64,000 nucleotides of DNA from an uncultured Gemmatimonadales bacterium (lineage in GTDB: Bacteria; Gemmatimonadota; Gemmatimonadetes; Gemmatimonadales; Gemmatimonadaceae). The translations under genes were made by a program, and so were the position numbers. The stretch covers positions 1 through 64,000 of the forward strand of contig CAWKNZ010000008.1 in assembly GCA_963851265.1 (NCBI GenBank), given 5' to 3'. Of the stretch, positions 10,523-20,549 are shown one piece after another. Below the pieces are notes generated by a model. That model was given only the letters and a program-made list of their open reading frames with translations, was not told where the DNA came from and ran no database searches. The stretch's first letter is position 1; every line of letters starts with the position of its first letter.

Positions 10523-11784
10523 GGGGCCGTGGGAAGCGAGGTGAGTGGCACGCCGAGCGCGCGCTGCAGGTCGGCGCGCGCGGAGTTCGCGGCGCCCAAC
10601 GCGACCGCGAGCTGGGTCTCGGCGTCCTGCAGCGAGCGGCGCGCGTCGAGCACGTCGAGCGCGGAGAGGCCGCCGAGTCCGTAGCTCACCGACGCGACGC
10701 GGAAGGCCTCGCGCGCCGAGGGCACGAGCTGGTCGCGTAGGAAGACCACCTGCCGCAGCGCCGTATTCGCGTTCGCGAACGCGGAGCGCACGTCCTGCGT
10801 GACCTGCGCGCGCAGATCCCGCGCGCTCGCGGCAAGCTCCCGCTCGCGATACTGCGACTCGGCGATCTCACCGCGCGTGTGCTGGCGAAAGAGGATCGGC
10901 AGCGGGAGCGCGACTCCTGCGGAGACGAGCGGCGCGTCGGGGAGCGTGAAGTCGTGCGTGATCCCGAACGTGAGGTCGGGTAGCCAGAACTGCTTGAGGA
11001 GCGTCGTGTTGGCCTGCGCCCCGCGCTGCTGGCTCTCGAGCACGGCGACCTCCGGACGCGAGGCGAGGGCGATGCGTTCGATGGTCGTCGAGTCGGGGAG
11101 CGCTGGCGGGGGCGCGAGCGAGTCGACTGGCGCGATCGGCAGCCCGATGACGCGGCCGAGCAGGCGGTTGAGCGAAGCCTGGGCGTTGGCGACGTCGCGC
11201 TCGTTGGCGATCAGGGCGTTATCGGACTGGGCGACGTCGACCTGTGCGCGGATAACGTCGAGCCGCGCGACCGTGCCCGCCGTGTAGCGCGCCTGGGTGC
11301 GCGTGAGGAACTCCATCGAGAGCTGGCGCGCCTCCTGGAGGATGGCGCGGAGCCGGCGTGCCACGAGCAGCGAGTCGTAGGTCGCTGACGTCGACGAGGC
11401 GATCGTCTGCTGCTGGAGCCGAATGTTCGACTCCGACGCGCGCACGTCGGCCGTGGCGACGCGGTTGCGCAGTCCGAACTTGGTCGGGAACGGCACGTCG
11501 AGCGCGACGCCGACCGCGCGCGACGCCGCGAGTCCGGGATTGAGGGTGGCCGAGTTTTGGGCGATGGAGCCGACCAGCGCCGGATCGGGTATGGCGACTG
11601 CCTCGACGCGGCGCGCGCGGGCCTGCGCACTCTGTTCGCGGGCGACATCAATCTGGGGATTTCGCGTGAGCGCATCGGCGATCGCGTCGCGCCTGGTCAG
11701 GCGCAAGGAATCGACGGCCAACGGCTGCGCCCGCGCGGAACGGGCCAGTGCGAGACACGCACTCAGCCCAACGACGACGCGCAT
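10519..11784 (-). CDS. czcC: TolC/CzcC outer-membrane channel
   Basis: ALTRNPQI, ARYTAGTVARLDVIRAQV, YGLGGLSALDVLDARR; translationally coupled to the adaptor. Confidence 0.9.
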   Translation of the reverse strand: MRVVVGLSACLALARSARAQPLAVDSLRLTRRDAIADALTRNPQIDVAREQSAQARARRVEAVAIPDPALVGSIAQNSATLNPGLAASRAVGVALDVPFPTKFGLRNRVATADVRASESNIRLQQQTIASSTSATYDSLLVARRLRAILQEARQLSMEFLTRTQARYTAGTVARLDVIRAQVDVAQSDNALIANERDVANAQASLNRLLGRVIGLPIAPVDSLAPPPALPDSTTIERIALASRPEVAVLESQQRGAQANTTLLKQFWLPDLTFGITHDFTLPDAPLVSAGVALPLPILFRQHTRGEIAESQYRERELAASARDLRAQVTQDVRSAFANANTALRQVVFLRDQLVPSAREAFRVASVSYGLGGLSALDVLDARRSLQDAETQLAVALGAANSARADLQRALGVPLTSLPTAP

Positions 11785-11841
11785 GGGAGACCTCGAAGGT
11801 GAATGAGTCGGGCGACGTCCGGACGACGTTGCCGACGGAAC

Positions 11842-12207
11842 TCAGTTCACGGTCGGGGGAGCGCGCGAGCGATGGGACGACGTCGCGGACGAGAGGGGGA
11901 TGTCGGCCGGTGCGAATGGGCCGATCGCCGCGCTGCGCCACGTCGGATCGAGGTCGACGGCCACCCGAAGCGTGGGCGCCGGATGTGCCGTGAGCGCGCC
12001 CACATGGCACGCCGTGCACATGTCCTCGGCGTGTGCATAGTGCGGCGCGCGACCCGCCGCTTCGATGTGCGGACCCGCACCGACGCCGTGCCACCCGTCG
12101 ACCAGTGGCAGCAGCGTGCAGGCGAGCTGCGCGACCATGGCGAGAACGACGGCCAGGGCACGGAGCCAGTGCGGCCGCTGTTGTGGCCGAGCAAGGGGGC
12201 GGATCAT
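11842..12207 (-). CDS. DUF2946-like leader ORF with TM segment, CxxC and C-terminal RAPP
   Basis: LRALAVVLAMVAQLA (TM), HYAHAEDMCTACH, ends SRAPPTVN; 57 nt upstream of czcC. Confidence 0.75.
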   Translation of the reverse strand: MIRPLARPQQRPHWLRALAVVLAMVAQLACTLLPLVDGWHGVGAGPHIEAAGRAPHYAHAEDMCTACHVGALTAHPAPTLRVAVDLDPTWRSAAIGPFAPADIPLSSATSSHRSRAPPTVN

Positions 12208-12284
12208 GGCCTCCGGTGACCGACCGACACTGCGGTGGATACTGGTGAGCGGAGGCAGCGTCTGTCGCGGGACCGGCGGGCGCC

Positions 12285-13190
12285 GTGTCCGACGTTCAGA
12301 TTAATGGCGTGTCGGACTTCCTGCACGACGTATGCGCCGTCGCTCACGCACGGCATACGAGGTACGCGGGTGCGGTCGCGTGCGTTGCGCTGTACGTCGG
12401 CGGATGTACGACGCTTCCGGGCACGCGCGCGGGGGCCACGCGAGTCGAGCCATCCGCAGCCGCAATGCATCCGACGATCGGCGACCGATGTGAGCGCCTG
12501 CTGCCGCGCGCCGCGCGCAGCGCGCCGGCAGCTCGCGCTGACGAGGCGACCGTTGCCGCCCTGGCACGGACGCTTGTCGCCGAGAGCCTCGCGCGTTCGG
12601 GGGGTACGGTGGTGCGTTGGCCGGCCGAGCAGATGCCGATTCACGTGTGGATCGATGCGTGGAACGGAATGCGGCGTCACGACGACGCATCCGGCGCCGA
12701 GTTCGTCTTCGCGGTCGTGCGCGCGGTGCGCGATTGGGATCGTGCGACGACGGGCGTCCGGCTCGACTTCGTTCAAGACTCGGCGTTCGCCAAGGTCCGG
12801 GTTCGGTGGGCACGCCGCGTTCAAGCCGGGTCGTCCGGTACCGGGCGCGACGCGGCGGGCCAGAGTGCCGTTTTTCACGACGCGCGAACGGGCGCGATTA
12901 CGGACGCGGCCATCACGCTGAGCGAAGTTGACGACCGTGGCGCGACGCGCACGCCGAACGACGTGCACGCCGTCGCGGTGCACGAGATCGGACACGTGCT
13001 GGGGCTCGCACATGCGACGCCGGCGCGTCGGGGCGAGGGACACGCGTCGTCCGTGATGGCGGCGTGGATCGCGACTGATGCAGTGAGCGCCGTCGACCGC
13101 CTCGCGCTGCAGGTCTGGTACGCGCTGCCCGTAGGCGCGTCGTGCGCCGGGACGGGCGAGGTGCGCGTCGAGGTCGTCGCACACCCCTGA
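12285..13190 (+). CDS. Matrixin (M10) zinc metalloprotease; start uncertain
   Basis: HEIGHVLGLAH zinc motif, SSVM Met-turn, possible lipobox VGGC. Confidence 0.8.
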   Translation: MSDVQINGVSDFLHDVCAVAHARHTRYAGAVACVALYVGGCTTLPGTRAGATRVEPSAAAMHPTIGDRCERLLPRAARSAPAARADEATVAALARTLVAESLARSGGTVVRWPAEQMPIHVWIDAWNGMRRHDDASGAEFVFAVVRAVRDWDRATTGVRLDFVQDSAFAKVRVRWARRVQAGSSGTGRDAAGQSAVFHDARTGAITDAAITLSEVDDRGATRTPNDVHAVAVHEIGHVLGLAHATPARRGEGHASSVMAAWIATDAVSAVDRLALQVWYALPVGASCAGTGEVRVEVVAHP

Positions 13191-14642
13191 CGGCCGGCCG
13201 TCGCGCCACCTCGTCGCGCGCGGCGAGGTCGGGCCGTGTACGGCTATTTCGCGCCGGGCACTGGGAACGCGGACGGCGGCTTCGCAACGACCCGCCGCTT
13301 TCGGTTACGCCGAACCGACCCCGGCCGTGCCGGCGGCAGACGCGCTGAGCATGTCAGGACGCGTCCCGCACGAGGCCACGCCGTCGGATTCGCTGCACGT
13401 ACGCGCGCCAGCGACAAGGAATTCGACGTCACGCGCCTCTCGGCGGACCGCGGAGCCGATGATGCGCAGCGTCCGCGCGAGCCGCTCCGTGCGGCCGCAG
13501 CGCGGATCGCGGCGCGGAGGTTCACGACGCGGGCGGGACAACGCATGGTGGGGTCGAGCATCCCTCAACCCGAGTACAATGACGTGTCCGTGGGTCGCGA
13601 CGAGTACGCGCGTGCAGCGCCGCCGGCCCAGCACCGCGACCCGTAGCGCCGCGAAGGCCCGGGCCGCGGATCCTGCCGCGGACGCGTGCCGCTCCAAGTC
13701 GCGCCACGCGCGGCGAGCGATAACCGGGCGACGCTGCCCCTTATCTGCCAGAGATGCGGCGTGTGTCGGCCATCCGATTTGCGGAAGGGCAGCCGCACGA
13801 CCGATGGTGGCGCGGCGCGTACCGGCGCGTACAGTCACCGGTGCACGCGACGCGGTGCGCCTGCCTGCCGATCATCGACCGAGGGAACAGGCCAGAACGC
13901 GGCCGACCGTAAAGCGGATCGAGAGATGCGCGGTGGTTGGCCGGAACCGGAGGTGGGTGCTACACTCGCGCCGGAGAATGACCGGCGGTCCGGTACCCAG
14001 GACGTGTGCGGCTCGGCCGGTCCATCGCATCCATTTTCGGCAGAAGCGCCCATTCCACGTACAGCGCAACTGGACAATGGCCGACTCGGCAGACTGTGCC
14101 CCGACGCGGGACTCGGTCGCGCCCACGTCGGCGGTACCCGCGTGGCGAGAGCGCACCGACCACGTGGGATCGGCACGGTCCGGGAGCGTGCGAGGCGGTA
14201 GTTCGGACCTTGGCCGCCCGGTCGATCGCCTAGGACCTCCACCACATGCCGGAATCGTGTCCCCGGATCGTGCCATCGCTCGAGCGCCCGGACCTGCGGG
14301 GTACCTCGACGATGTGGCGCGCGCCGGCCAACCGCGTCGTCGATCACCACGTGCCCTTCGCAGTGCAGTGGTCACGCGCAGGTCTCGCGACGCGATGGGA
14401 GCCGCGGTTCGATGCGAGCCATGCGCGCGCCCTGGTATCGGCCCTGATGACCGGCGCCGTGCAACCCCGCGATGCCTTCGTCGACTCGCTCCCGGGTGGG
14501 CCGCGTATACCCCCCTCAATGGCGTGAACGGGCCGTCGATCGCTTCGCACTGCGACCGGCGACGCACGAACGCCGCGAGCAGGACCCGGATGCCGGCAGT
14601 TGGCTGTTGGGGTCCGCATCTGGCTCAACCGGGATTGGCGCC

Positions 14643-15608
14643 ATGCTGACGATCGCCGTGGTCATCCCGGCCTACAATGCCGCCTCCTATCTCGCTGACG
14701 CGCTCGCGTCCGTCGCAGCGCAGACGCGACGCCCGGCTGAAGTGATCGTCGTGGACGACCACTCGACCGACGGTACGGCCGCCATCGCGCGCCAGTGGGG
14801 CGCGCGCGTCCTAACGACTCACGTCAACTCCGGTCCGAGTGCCGCGCGCAATCTCGGTATCGGTGCAGCCACGACCGACCTCATTGCGTTCCTCGACGCC
14901 GATGATTTCTGGGAACCCGGGCACCTAGCCATCGTCGCGGGGCTTCTCGACCTCCACCCCACGGCAGTCCTCGCGAACGCGCGATGCCGCATTTTCGGTG
15001 CGTGGAGCAGCGTGACCGCCGCGCACGGGGACGCCGAGACGCCGCAGCACGTTTTGATGCCGTTGTTGGCTAAGAATCTCGTAACCCAGACCACGGTCGT
15101 CGTACGCCGCGATGCCGTTCTCGCTGTCGGCGGCTACGACGTCGGACTCCGATACGCAGAGGACTACGCGCTCTGGATGACGTTGGCCCGCTCGCACGCG
15201 TTCGTCTTCAGTCACGCGATCACCGGCCACTACCGCGTCCACGTCGGGCAAGCGACGCAGGATCGGCCGGCGATCGCCGCCGGACAGTGGGCCGCGCGCG
15301 AGCGGCAATACGCCTGGCTCGTTGCGCAGGATGACGCGGCCCTGCTCGCGGCAGCAAAGGGCGTGCTGCAGCGCGCCATCGATATGGACGCACGCACGGC
15401 ATGGATCCGCCCCGACCGCGTCATCCTTGAGCGCGTGCTCACGGCGGCGGCCTGGGTGCCCGGTGCGGCGCGAATCGTGCGCGCGTGGCGGTGGCGCATC
15501 GCCGCGCTATGGCCGATCTGGTCCGGGATCAAACGGGCCCGACACGCCGCCCGTCGTACTGGCTGGGATTCATTGCAGCGAACCTGCAGATCAGGACGCC
15601 TAACCTGA
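14643..15608 (+). CDS. GT2 glycosyltransferase
   Basis: VVIPAYNA, VVDDHSTDGT, GPSAARN, FLDADD, EDYALW. Confidence 0.9.
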   Translation: MLTIAVVIPAYNAASYLADALASVAAQTRRPAEVIVVDDHSTDGTAAIARQWGARVLTTHVNSGPSAARNLGIGAATTDLIAFLDADDFWEPGHLAIVAGLLDLHPTAVLANARCRIFGAWSSVTAAHGDAETPQHVLMPLLAKNLVTQTTVVVRRDAVLAVGGYDVGLRYAEDYALWMTLARSHAFVFSHAITGHYRVHVGQATQDRPAIAAGQWAARERQYAWLVAQDDAALLAAAKGVLQRAIDMDARTAWIRPDRVILERVLTAAAWVPGAARIVRAWRWRIAALWPIWSGIKRARHAARRTGWDSLQRTCRSGRLT

Positions 15609-16092
15609 CCCATCAACGCGCCGCAGGGCGAGGAGGGTGCGGCCGAGCGAAGTACGCCTGGTGAACGTCGCCGCGGCGTCCGTCCCGCAACGCCACCCGG
15701 CGCATCTGTTTCAAGCGCGCGAACCTCCGTTCCACGACCCGACGGTCACACCCAGGCGGCGCCGCACACCGGGGTAACTTGTACCCGCGGTCGCCGACTC
15801 ACTGGGCCGGACGGCTGCGCGGCCGCCCGCGGCCCGCTCGCCATCCGTGCCCCCGCGCGAGCAGCGCGCGGACGTACCGCGACTCGTGCCGCTCGCCGCC
15901 GGCAATGACTAACGTTAGCGGCTTCCCGGCCCCTTCAGCGCGGAGATGGACCGCGGCGTCGCTCAGTTCAACCCGTCTGCACCGGACCAGATACTCCCGT
16001 TCTGCGCACGCGCCCCAGCCTGTTCTACCCGCCGCAACGAGGGCGCCCGTGTCGTGCTGACTCGTGGTGCCGAACGGTGAAGAGACAACTGA

Positions 16093-17691
16093 ATGCCGCC
16101 CGTCCCGACCTGTCCGACGGACCGACCCTCGCGGGACCAGATCCTACGCCGCGCGGACTGGCGGTGGCTCCTGCCGCAGCCGTATTTCGCCCGCGCCCTG
16201 TGTCTCGGTAGCGGTGATCTACGTGCGTCGCTTCACGCCGTTGCGGGTGACGTCGTCGGGCGCGTCGACGACCCGACTCGGGCACTGCGGGAGCGGGAGT
16301 ATGATCTCGTACTCGTGACCGGTGCCGACCGGCGGACGCTCGACCGCGCGCACCGCGCGCTACGCCCGGGCGGCGTCTTGTACGCCGAATGCGATCCGAT
16401 GAGCGACGGCACAGTGCGGCGCCTCCGGTCGCGCGTGCTCTCCGCCGGATTCGTCGACACGCGGCTGGTGACGCGGTGGGGTACACCGAATGCGGATGAT
16501 GCGTGGGTGCCGCTCGACTCGCGCGCCGCTCGGGACTACGTCCTGCTTCGGCATCCGGTTCCGGCGCGACACCCGCTCCGGCGGCTGTGGCTCAAGACAC
16601 GGCGCCGTTCCGCACGCGTGCTGCACGCCGTCGGTCGCGCACGAACCGTCGCCTTGGTCGCGCGCGCCGGACTCGCCACCGTCGACCCGGAAGCACGGGC
16701 GATACCTGGCGCCATCGCGCCGTGGTGGGTCGTGCGCGCGCGGGAGGTAGCGCCTGGTGGTGCCGAGGCCGACTGGCTGCTGCTCACGCCGGGGCGCGTT
16801 GCCGACGCGAAGGTCGTGGGCCTGATGTTCGCCTCGAACGCGCGGTGGCCGTCGGTCGCGGTGAAGCTGGGGCGTACCGCGGCGGCCGTCGAGCGCTGCA
16901 GTCGCGGGTTTCGAGTGCTCGAGCGGCTGCGCGACGCGCACATCACCGCCCTCGGGTACGCGCCGGAGCCCTATGCCGAACTCACGGACGAAACAGGTCG
17001 GTCGGTGGCGACGGTCGAGCGCGCCGTCAACGGGTGCTGGCTCGACACGGCGGTGCGCGCGAACACGCTCGTGCGCCACGTCGAGCAGACGACGGCCTGC
17101 CTCATCACGCTCGCCCTGGCCACGCGTGGGCCGCCGCGCGAGGACACGTGGGAGCGCCTGCTACGGCCGACGGTGTCCCGTTTTTCGGAGTGCGCGGCCG
17201 GACTCGTGGACGGCGCGCTACTGGACGACGCGACCGCCCTGATCGGAGGCGTTCGCGCGCTCCCCACGGTGCTGGAGCACCACGATTTCCGCCCGTGGAA
17301 CATTTACGTCACGCCGGAGCCACGCCTCGTCGCGTTCGACTGGGACAACGCCGATCGTGCCGGCGTGCCAGCGCTCGACCTCCTGCAATGCCACGCGTAC
17401 CTCGCGTTCACCGTCGACCGGGCGCTCGCGACCGGACGCTACGTGTCGTCGCACGTCCGCCGCGACTCCGGCGCGCTCGGTCGCGCGCGACGGGCGTGCC
17501 TCGCGCGCTACGCCGATGCGGTAGGACTTGACGACGGCGCGATCCGGGTGATTCGCGCGTTCACGTGGATGGGGCTGGCTGCCGACGAGGTCGGCGCGCG
17601 CCACGCTGCGGGATCGCCGATCACGCCTGCCGACGTTAGGCGTTCACTCCTCGCCCTGTGGGAAGTCGAGGCTCGCGCCGCGCTCGGGTGA
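16093..17691 (+). CDS. Methyltransferase-like N-terminus fused to APH/choline-kinase-like phosphotransferase
   Basis: YDLV...RALRPGGVLY (class I MTase-like); HHDFRPWNI (HxDxxxxN) and FDWD kinase motifs. Confidence 0.75.
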   Translation: MPPVPTCPTDRPSRDQILRRADWRWLLPQPYFARALCLGSGDLRASLHAVAGDVVGRVDDPTRALREREYDLVLVTGADRRTLDRAHRALRPGGVLYAECDPMSDGTVRRLRSRVLSAGFVDTRLVTRWGTPNADDAWVPLDSRAARDYVLLRHPVPARHPLRRLWLKTRRRSARVLHAVGRARTVALVARAGLATVDPEARAIPGAIAPWWVVRAREVAPGGAEADWLLLTPGRVADAKVVGLMFASNARWPSVAVKLGRTAAAVERCSRGFRVLERLRDAHITALGYAPEPYAELTDETGRSVATVERAVNGCWLDTAVRANTLVRHVEQTTACLITLALATRGPPREDTWERLLRPTVSRFSECAAGLVDGALLDDATALIGGVRALPTVLEHHDFRPWNIYVTPEPRLVAFDWDNADRAGVPALDLLQCHAYLAFTVDRALATGRYVSSHVRRDSGALGRARRACLARYADAVGLDDGAIRVIRAFTWMGLAADEVGARHAAGSPITPADVRRSLLALWEVEARAALG

Positions 17692-17707
17692 CGGCGGACC
17701 GGGCACG

Positions 17708-18817
17708 TCAACGGTACTTGGCGAACGACGGGGCGTGCTTCTCGATGCGGGTGTCGAGCTCGCAGTGACAGTTCGGGCAGTTGAGTTGGAAGGCGTCACG
17801 CGCGGCGCGCCGGTGCGTGTGGGTGAAGAGCATCTCGGAGAACCGTTGCTCGTGGAGGTTGCCGAGGCGGAAGGTCACGTAACAGAGCTGGACCGTGCCG
17901 TCCGCACCCACCCAGACGAGCTGGTACGCGTCACAGGGCACCTTCATCGCGGGCCCCAGCATCAGCCAGTCACCCATCGACCGGATCGCCGCGACACTCT
18001 GCGTGAAGCGTTCAGGTCGCGCGAGCCGGCGCTGGACGAGTGCGTCGACGACGGTGCGCACCGCGGGCTCGTCCTCCGGGCCGAACTGTAGACACCGATC
18101 GGGCCCTTCCTGGAAATACGGGAGCGAGTAGTGGATTAGGTCGACGCGCGTGAGGAGGTCGTACTTGTCCGCAAACGCGAGCATTTCGTCGAGCGCCTCG
18201 ACCGAGCAGGTGGGCCGCATGAGCAGCCAATTGATGCGGAGGCGCACCTCGCTCCCATACCGTTCGCGGACTCGAGCGATGCTCGCTTCCACGCGCGCAA
18301 AACGACCCGCACGCTGCACGTATCGGTCGTACGCCTCGCCCACGCCGTAGAAGCCGATCGTGATGTTGCGCAGTCCGGCCGCGTACAGCTCGTCGATGTG
18401 CCTGTCCAGGCGCACCGCGTTGGTCGTCACGTAGCAGTCCATCCCCAGCTTCACCGTGTGCTCGACCATCTTGGGGAGGTCGGGGTGTAGCAGCGGCTCG
18501 CCGCCATAGAGTCGGACGTCCCACATCCCGACCTTCCGCGCGTCGTCGAGCAGGTCTCGCACGATCGGCCACGGCAGTTGACTGCCCGGCATGAAGTCCC
18601 GCCCGTAGCGGCATCCGATGCACCGCTGATTGCAGTGCGCCGTGACGGCGATGTACAACTTGCGCGGTTCCGGCCGGATGAGCACAGGGAGGGCGCGGGC
18701 GATCGTATGGCGCGTCCGCTCGAGTCCCGAATCGATGCCGCGCACTGCGTCCCATATCCCCGGATGCTGCTTCAGCGTCGGCGCGAGCGCGGAGCGCAGG
18801 TGCGAGCGGATCGACAT
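17708..18817 (-). CDS. Radical SAM protein with SPASM/twitch domain
   Basis: CNQRCIGC (CxxxCxxC), GGEPLL, TTNA, C-terminal PC...ADGTVQLC...CPNCHC. Confidence 0.9.
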   Translation of the reverse strand: MSIRSHLRSALAPTLKQHPGIWDAVRGIDSGLERTRHTIARALPVLIRPEPRKLYIAVTAHCNQRCIGCRYGRDFMPGSQLPWPIVRDLLDDARKVGMWDVRLYGGEPLLHPDLPKMVEHTVKLGMDCYVTTNAVRLDRHIDELYAAGLRNITIGFYGVGEAYDRYVQRAGRFARVEASIARVRERYGSEVRLRINWLLMRPTCSVEALDEMLAFADKYDLLTRVDLIHYSLPYFQEGPDRCLQFGPEDEPAVRTVVDALVQRRLARPERFTQSVAAIRSMGDWLMLGPAMKVPCDAYQLVWVGADGTVQLCYVTFRLGNLHEQRFSEMLFTHTHRRAARDAFQLNCPNCHCELDTRIEKHAPSFAKYR

Positions 18818-19187
18818 ACGGCACCCAATGAGTAGAAGTAGCAGGCGCGCTACGCGGCGTGCCCGGCTTCGGCTCACTCGTCGCGGAGAATGTCGGCATC
18901 CCGGGCGGAACGCGTGCGACTAACGCGCGAACCGCGTCGACACGTGAGTGGCCCCGAACGCCGGCGCACAACATGGGGAGCGCGTGTGGAGGGCGCAAGA
19001 GCGTGTACCGCGGCCCGGCTCACGGCGGGTGTCGGCGGCTCTGGGTATCGGCGGCTCTCAATTGCGACCGTCCTCTTGCGAGCCCCACGCCGTCCAGTAT
19101 CGTTGCGCGACCGTGATCGACTCGCGAGACCTCCGATCGCCTTCGGCGACGACGTGCGTGCCCCCGAACCCGGTACGGCACGGCCCA

Positions 19188-20327
19188 GTGCGTACGCGAC
19201 TCCGCACGGTGCTGCTGATCGACACGCTGGCGGTGGGCGGCCCGGCCCGTGTCGCCATCACGCTGAGTGCGGGGTTGAGAGCGCGAGGCGTCGACGCGTG
19301 GGTGGCCCATTTGGGTGCGCGCGGCGAATCGGGCTCGCTCGTGGCCGAACTGCGCGACGCGGGCGTGCCGGTGCTGGATCTCGCACTGCGCAGCCTCTTC
19401 GACCCGCGGCCCACGATGCGCCTCGTGTCGTTCCTCCGCCGCGCGCGCGTGCACCTCTTGCATACGCACAACCGCTACGGACACCTCATTGGCCGACCCG
19501 CGGCCGCGATCGCGGGCTGCCCGATCGTTTCGACCGATCACTGGATTCACGACACCGAGACGGGGTGGCGGAGTGCGGTGCGCGGTCAGCTCGACATGCT
19601 CGGTGCGCGCGCGTTCCGCGGGCACACGGTGATGGTCTCGCACGCACAACGGCGGGTTCACGAACGGCTGGGCCGATTGCCGACTACGTGCGTCGAAACG
19701 ATCCCGAATGGGGTGGATACGCGTGCTTTTCGTCCCGACCCCGCCGCCGGCGCCCGCCTCCGGGCCGCACTTGGACTGTCGCATGCGGCGCCGGTGTTCG
19801 TGAACGTCGCGATGCTGCGCCCCGGGAAGGGGCACGCGGACTTGCTCGCAGCGCTCGCGGTGGTGCTGCAACGCGCCCCCGCGGCGCGCCTGCTCGTCGT
19901 CGGCGACGGAGTCGAGCGCGCGCCACTCGAGGCGCGCGCGAATGCGTTAGGCGTGGGCGGCGCAGTTCGATTCCTCGGCGTCCGGTCGGACGTGACCGCC
20001 GTTCTCGCGGCCGCCGACGTGTACGTCCATCCGTCGCTCTTCGAGGCGCTTCCGACGAGCATCCTCGAGGCGATGGCGGTAGGACTGCCGGTGGTCGCGA
20101 CGAACGTCGGCGGCGTCCCGGAGCTCGTGGCGGACGGGCGTACCGGGCTGCTCGTTCCGCCGGCGAGCGCGCACGCGCTCGCCGGCGCGATGCTGACGCT
20201 CCTCGATCCCGCGCTGCGCACCGCGTTCGGCGCGGCTGGCCGCCGATGGGCGGAGTCGGAGGGATCGGCGCAGGTCTGGCTCGATCGGATCGAAGCGCTC
20301 TATCGGCGCGTCGTCAGACCCGGGTAG
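19188..20327 (+). CDS. GT4 glycosyltransferase; start approximate
   Basis: IPNGVD, KGHADLL, EALPTSILEAMAVGLPVVATNVGG. Confidence 0.9.
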   Translation: MRTRLRTVLLIDTLAVGGPARVAITLSAGLRARGVDAWVAHLGARGESGSLVAELRDAGVPVLDLALRSLFDPRPTMRLVSFLRRARVHLLHTHNRYGHLIGRPAAAIAGCPIVSTDHWIHDTETGWRSAVRGQLDMLGARAFRGHTVMVSHAQRRVHERLGRLPTTCVETIPNGVDTRAFRPDPAAGARLRAALGLSHAAPVFVNVAMLRPGKGHADLLAALAVVLQRAPAARLLVVGDGVERAPLEARANALGVGGAVRFLGVRSDVTAVLAAADVYVHPSLFEALPTSILEAMAVGLPVVATNVGGVPELVADGRTGLLVPPASAHALAGAMLTLLDPALRTAFGAAGRRWAESEGSAQVWLDRIEALYRRVVRPG

Positions 20328-20549
20328 GTAGCTGCGCTCCGGCTGGACGCGACGCGTCCGGTCCGGCCGTGCGCGCGAACTTCGCGGGCCGGCTCCGCCG
20401 GTCCGACCGCGCGGGTCTCGGCCCGGAGGCCCACGAGGCGGTCGGGAAGCGGCATGATGGCGGGTCGCGCGCGCGCCACCACCCTGGCGAACTTCCAAAC
20501 CGCCGTCCGTCGCGCACCCGTCTCCGCCGCCATCGCCCCGCCGCCACCC

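Noticed and set aside
17708..18817. RiPP maturase
   Set aside because: No precursor peptide or PqqD/RRE domain seen; the neighbours are glycosyltransferases.
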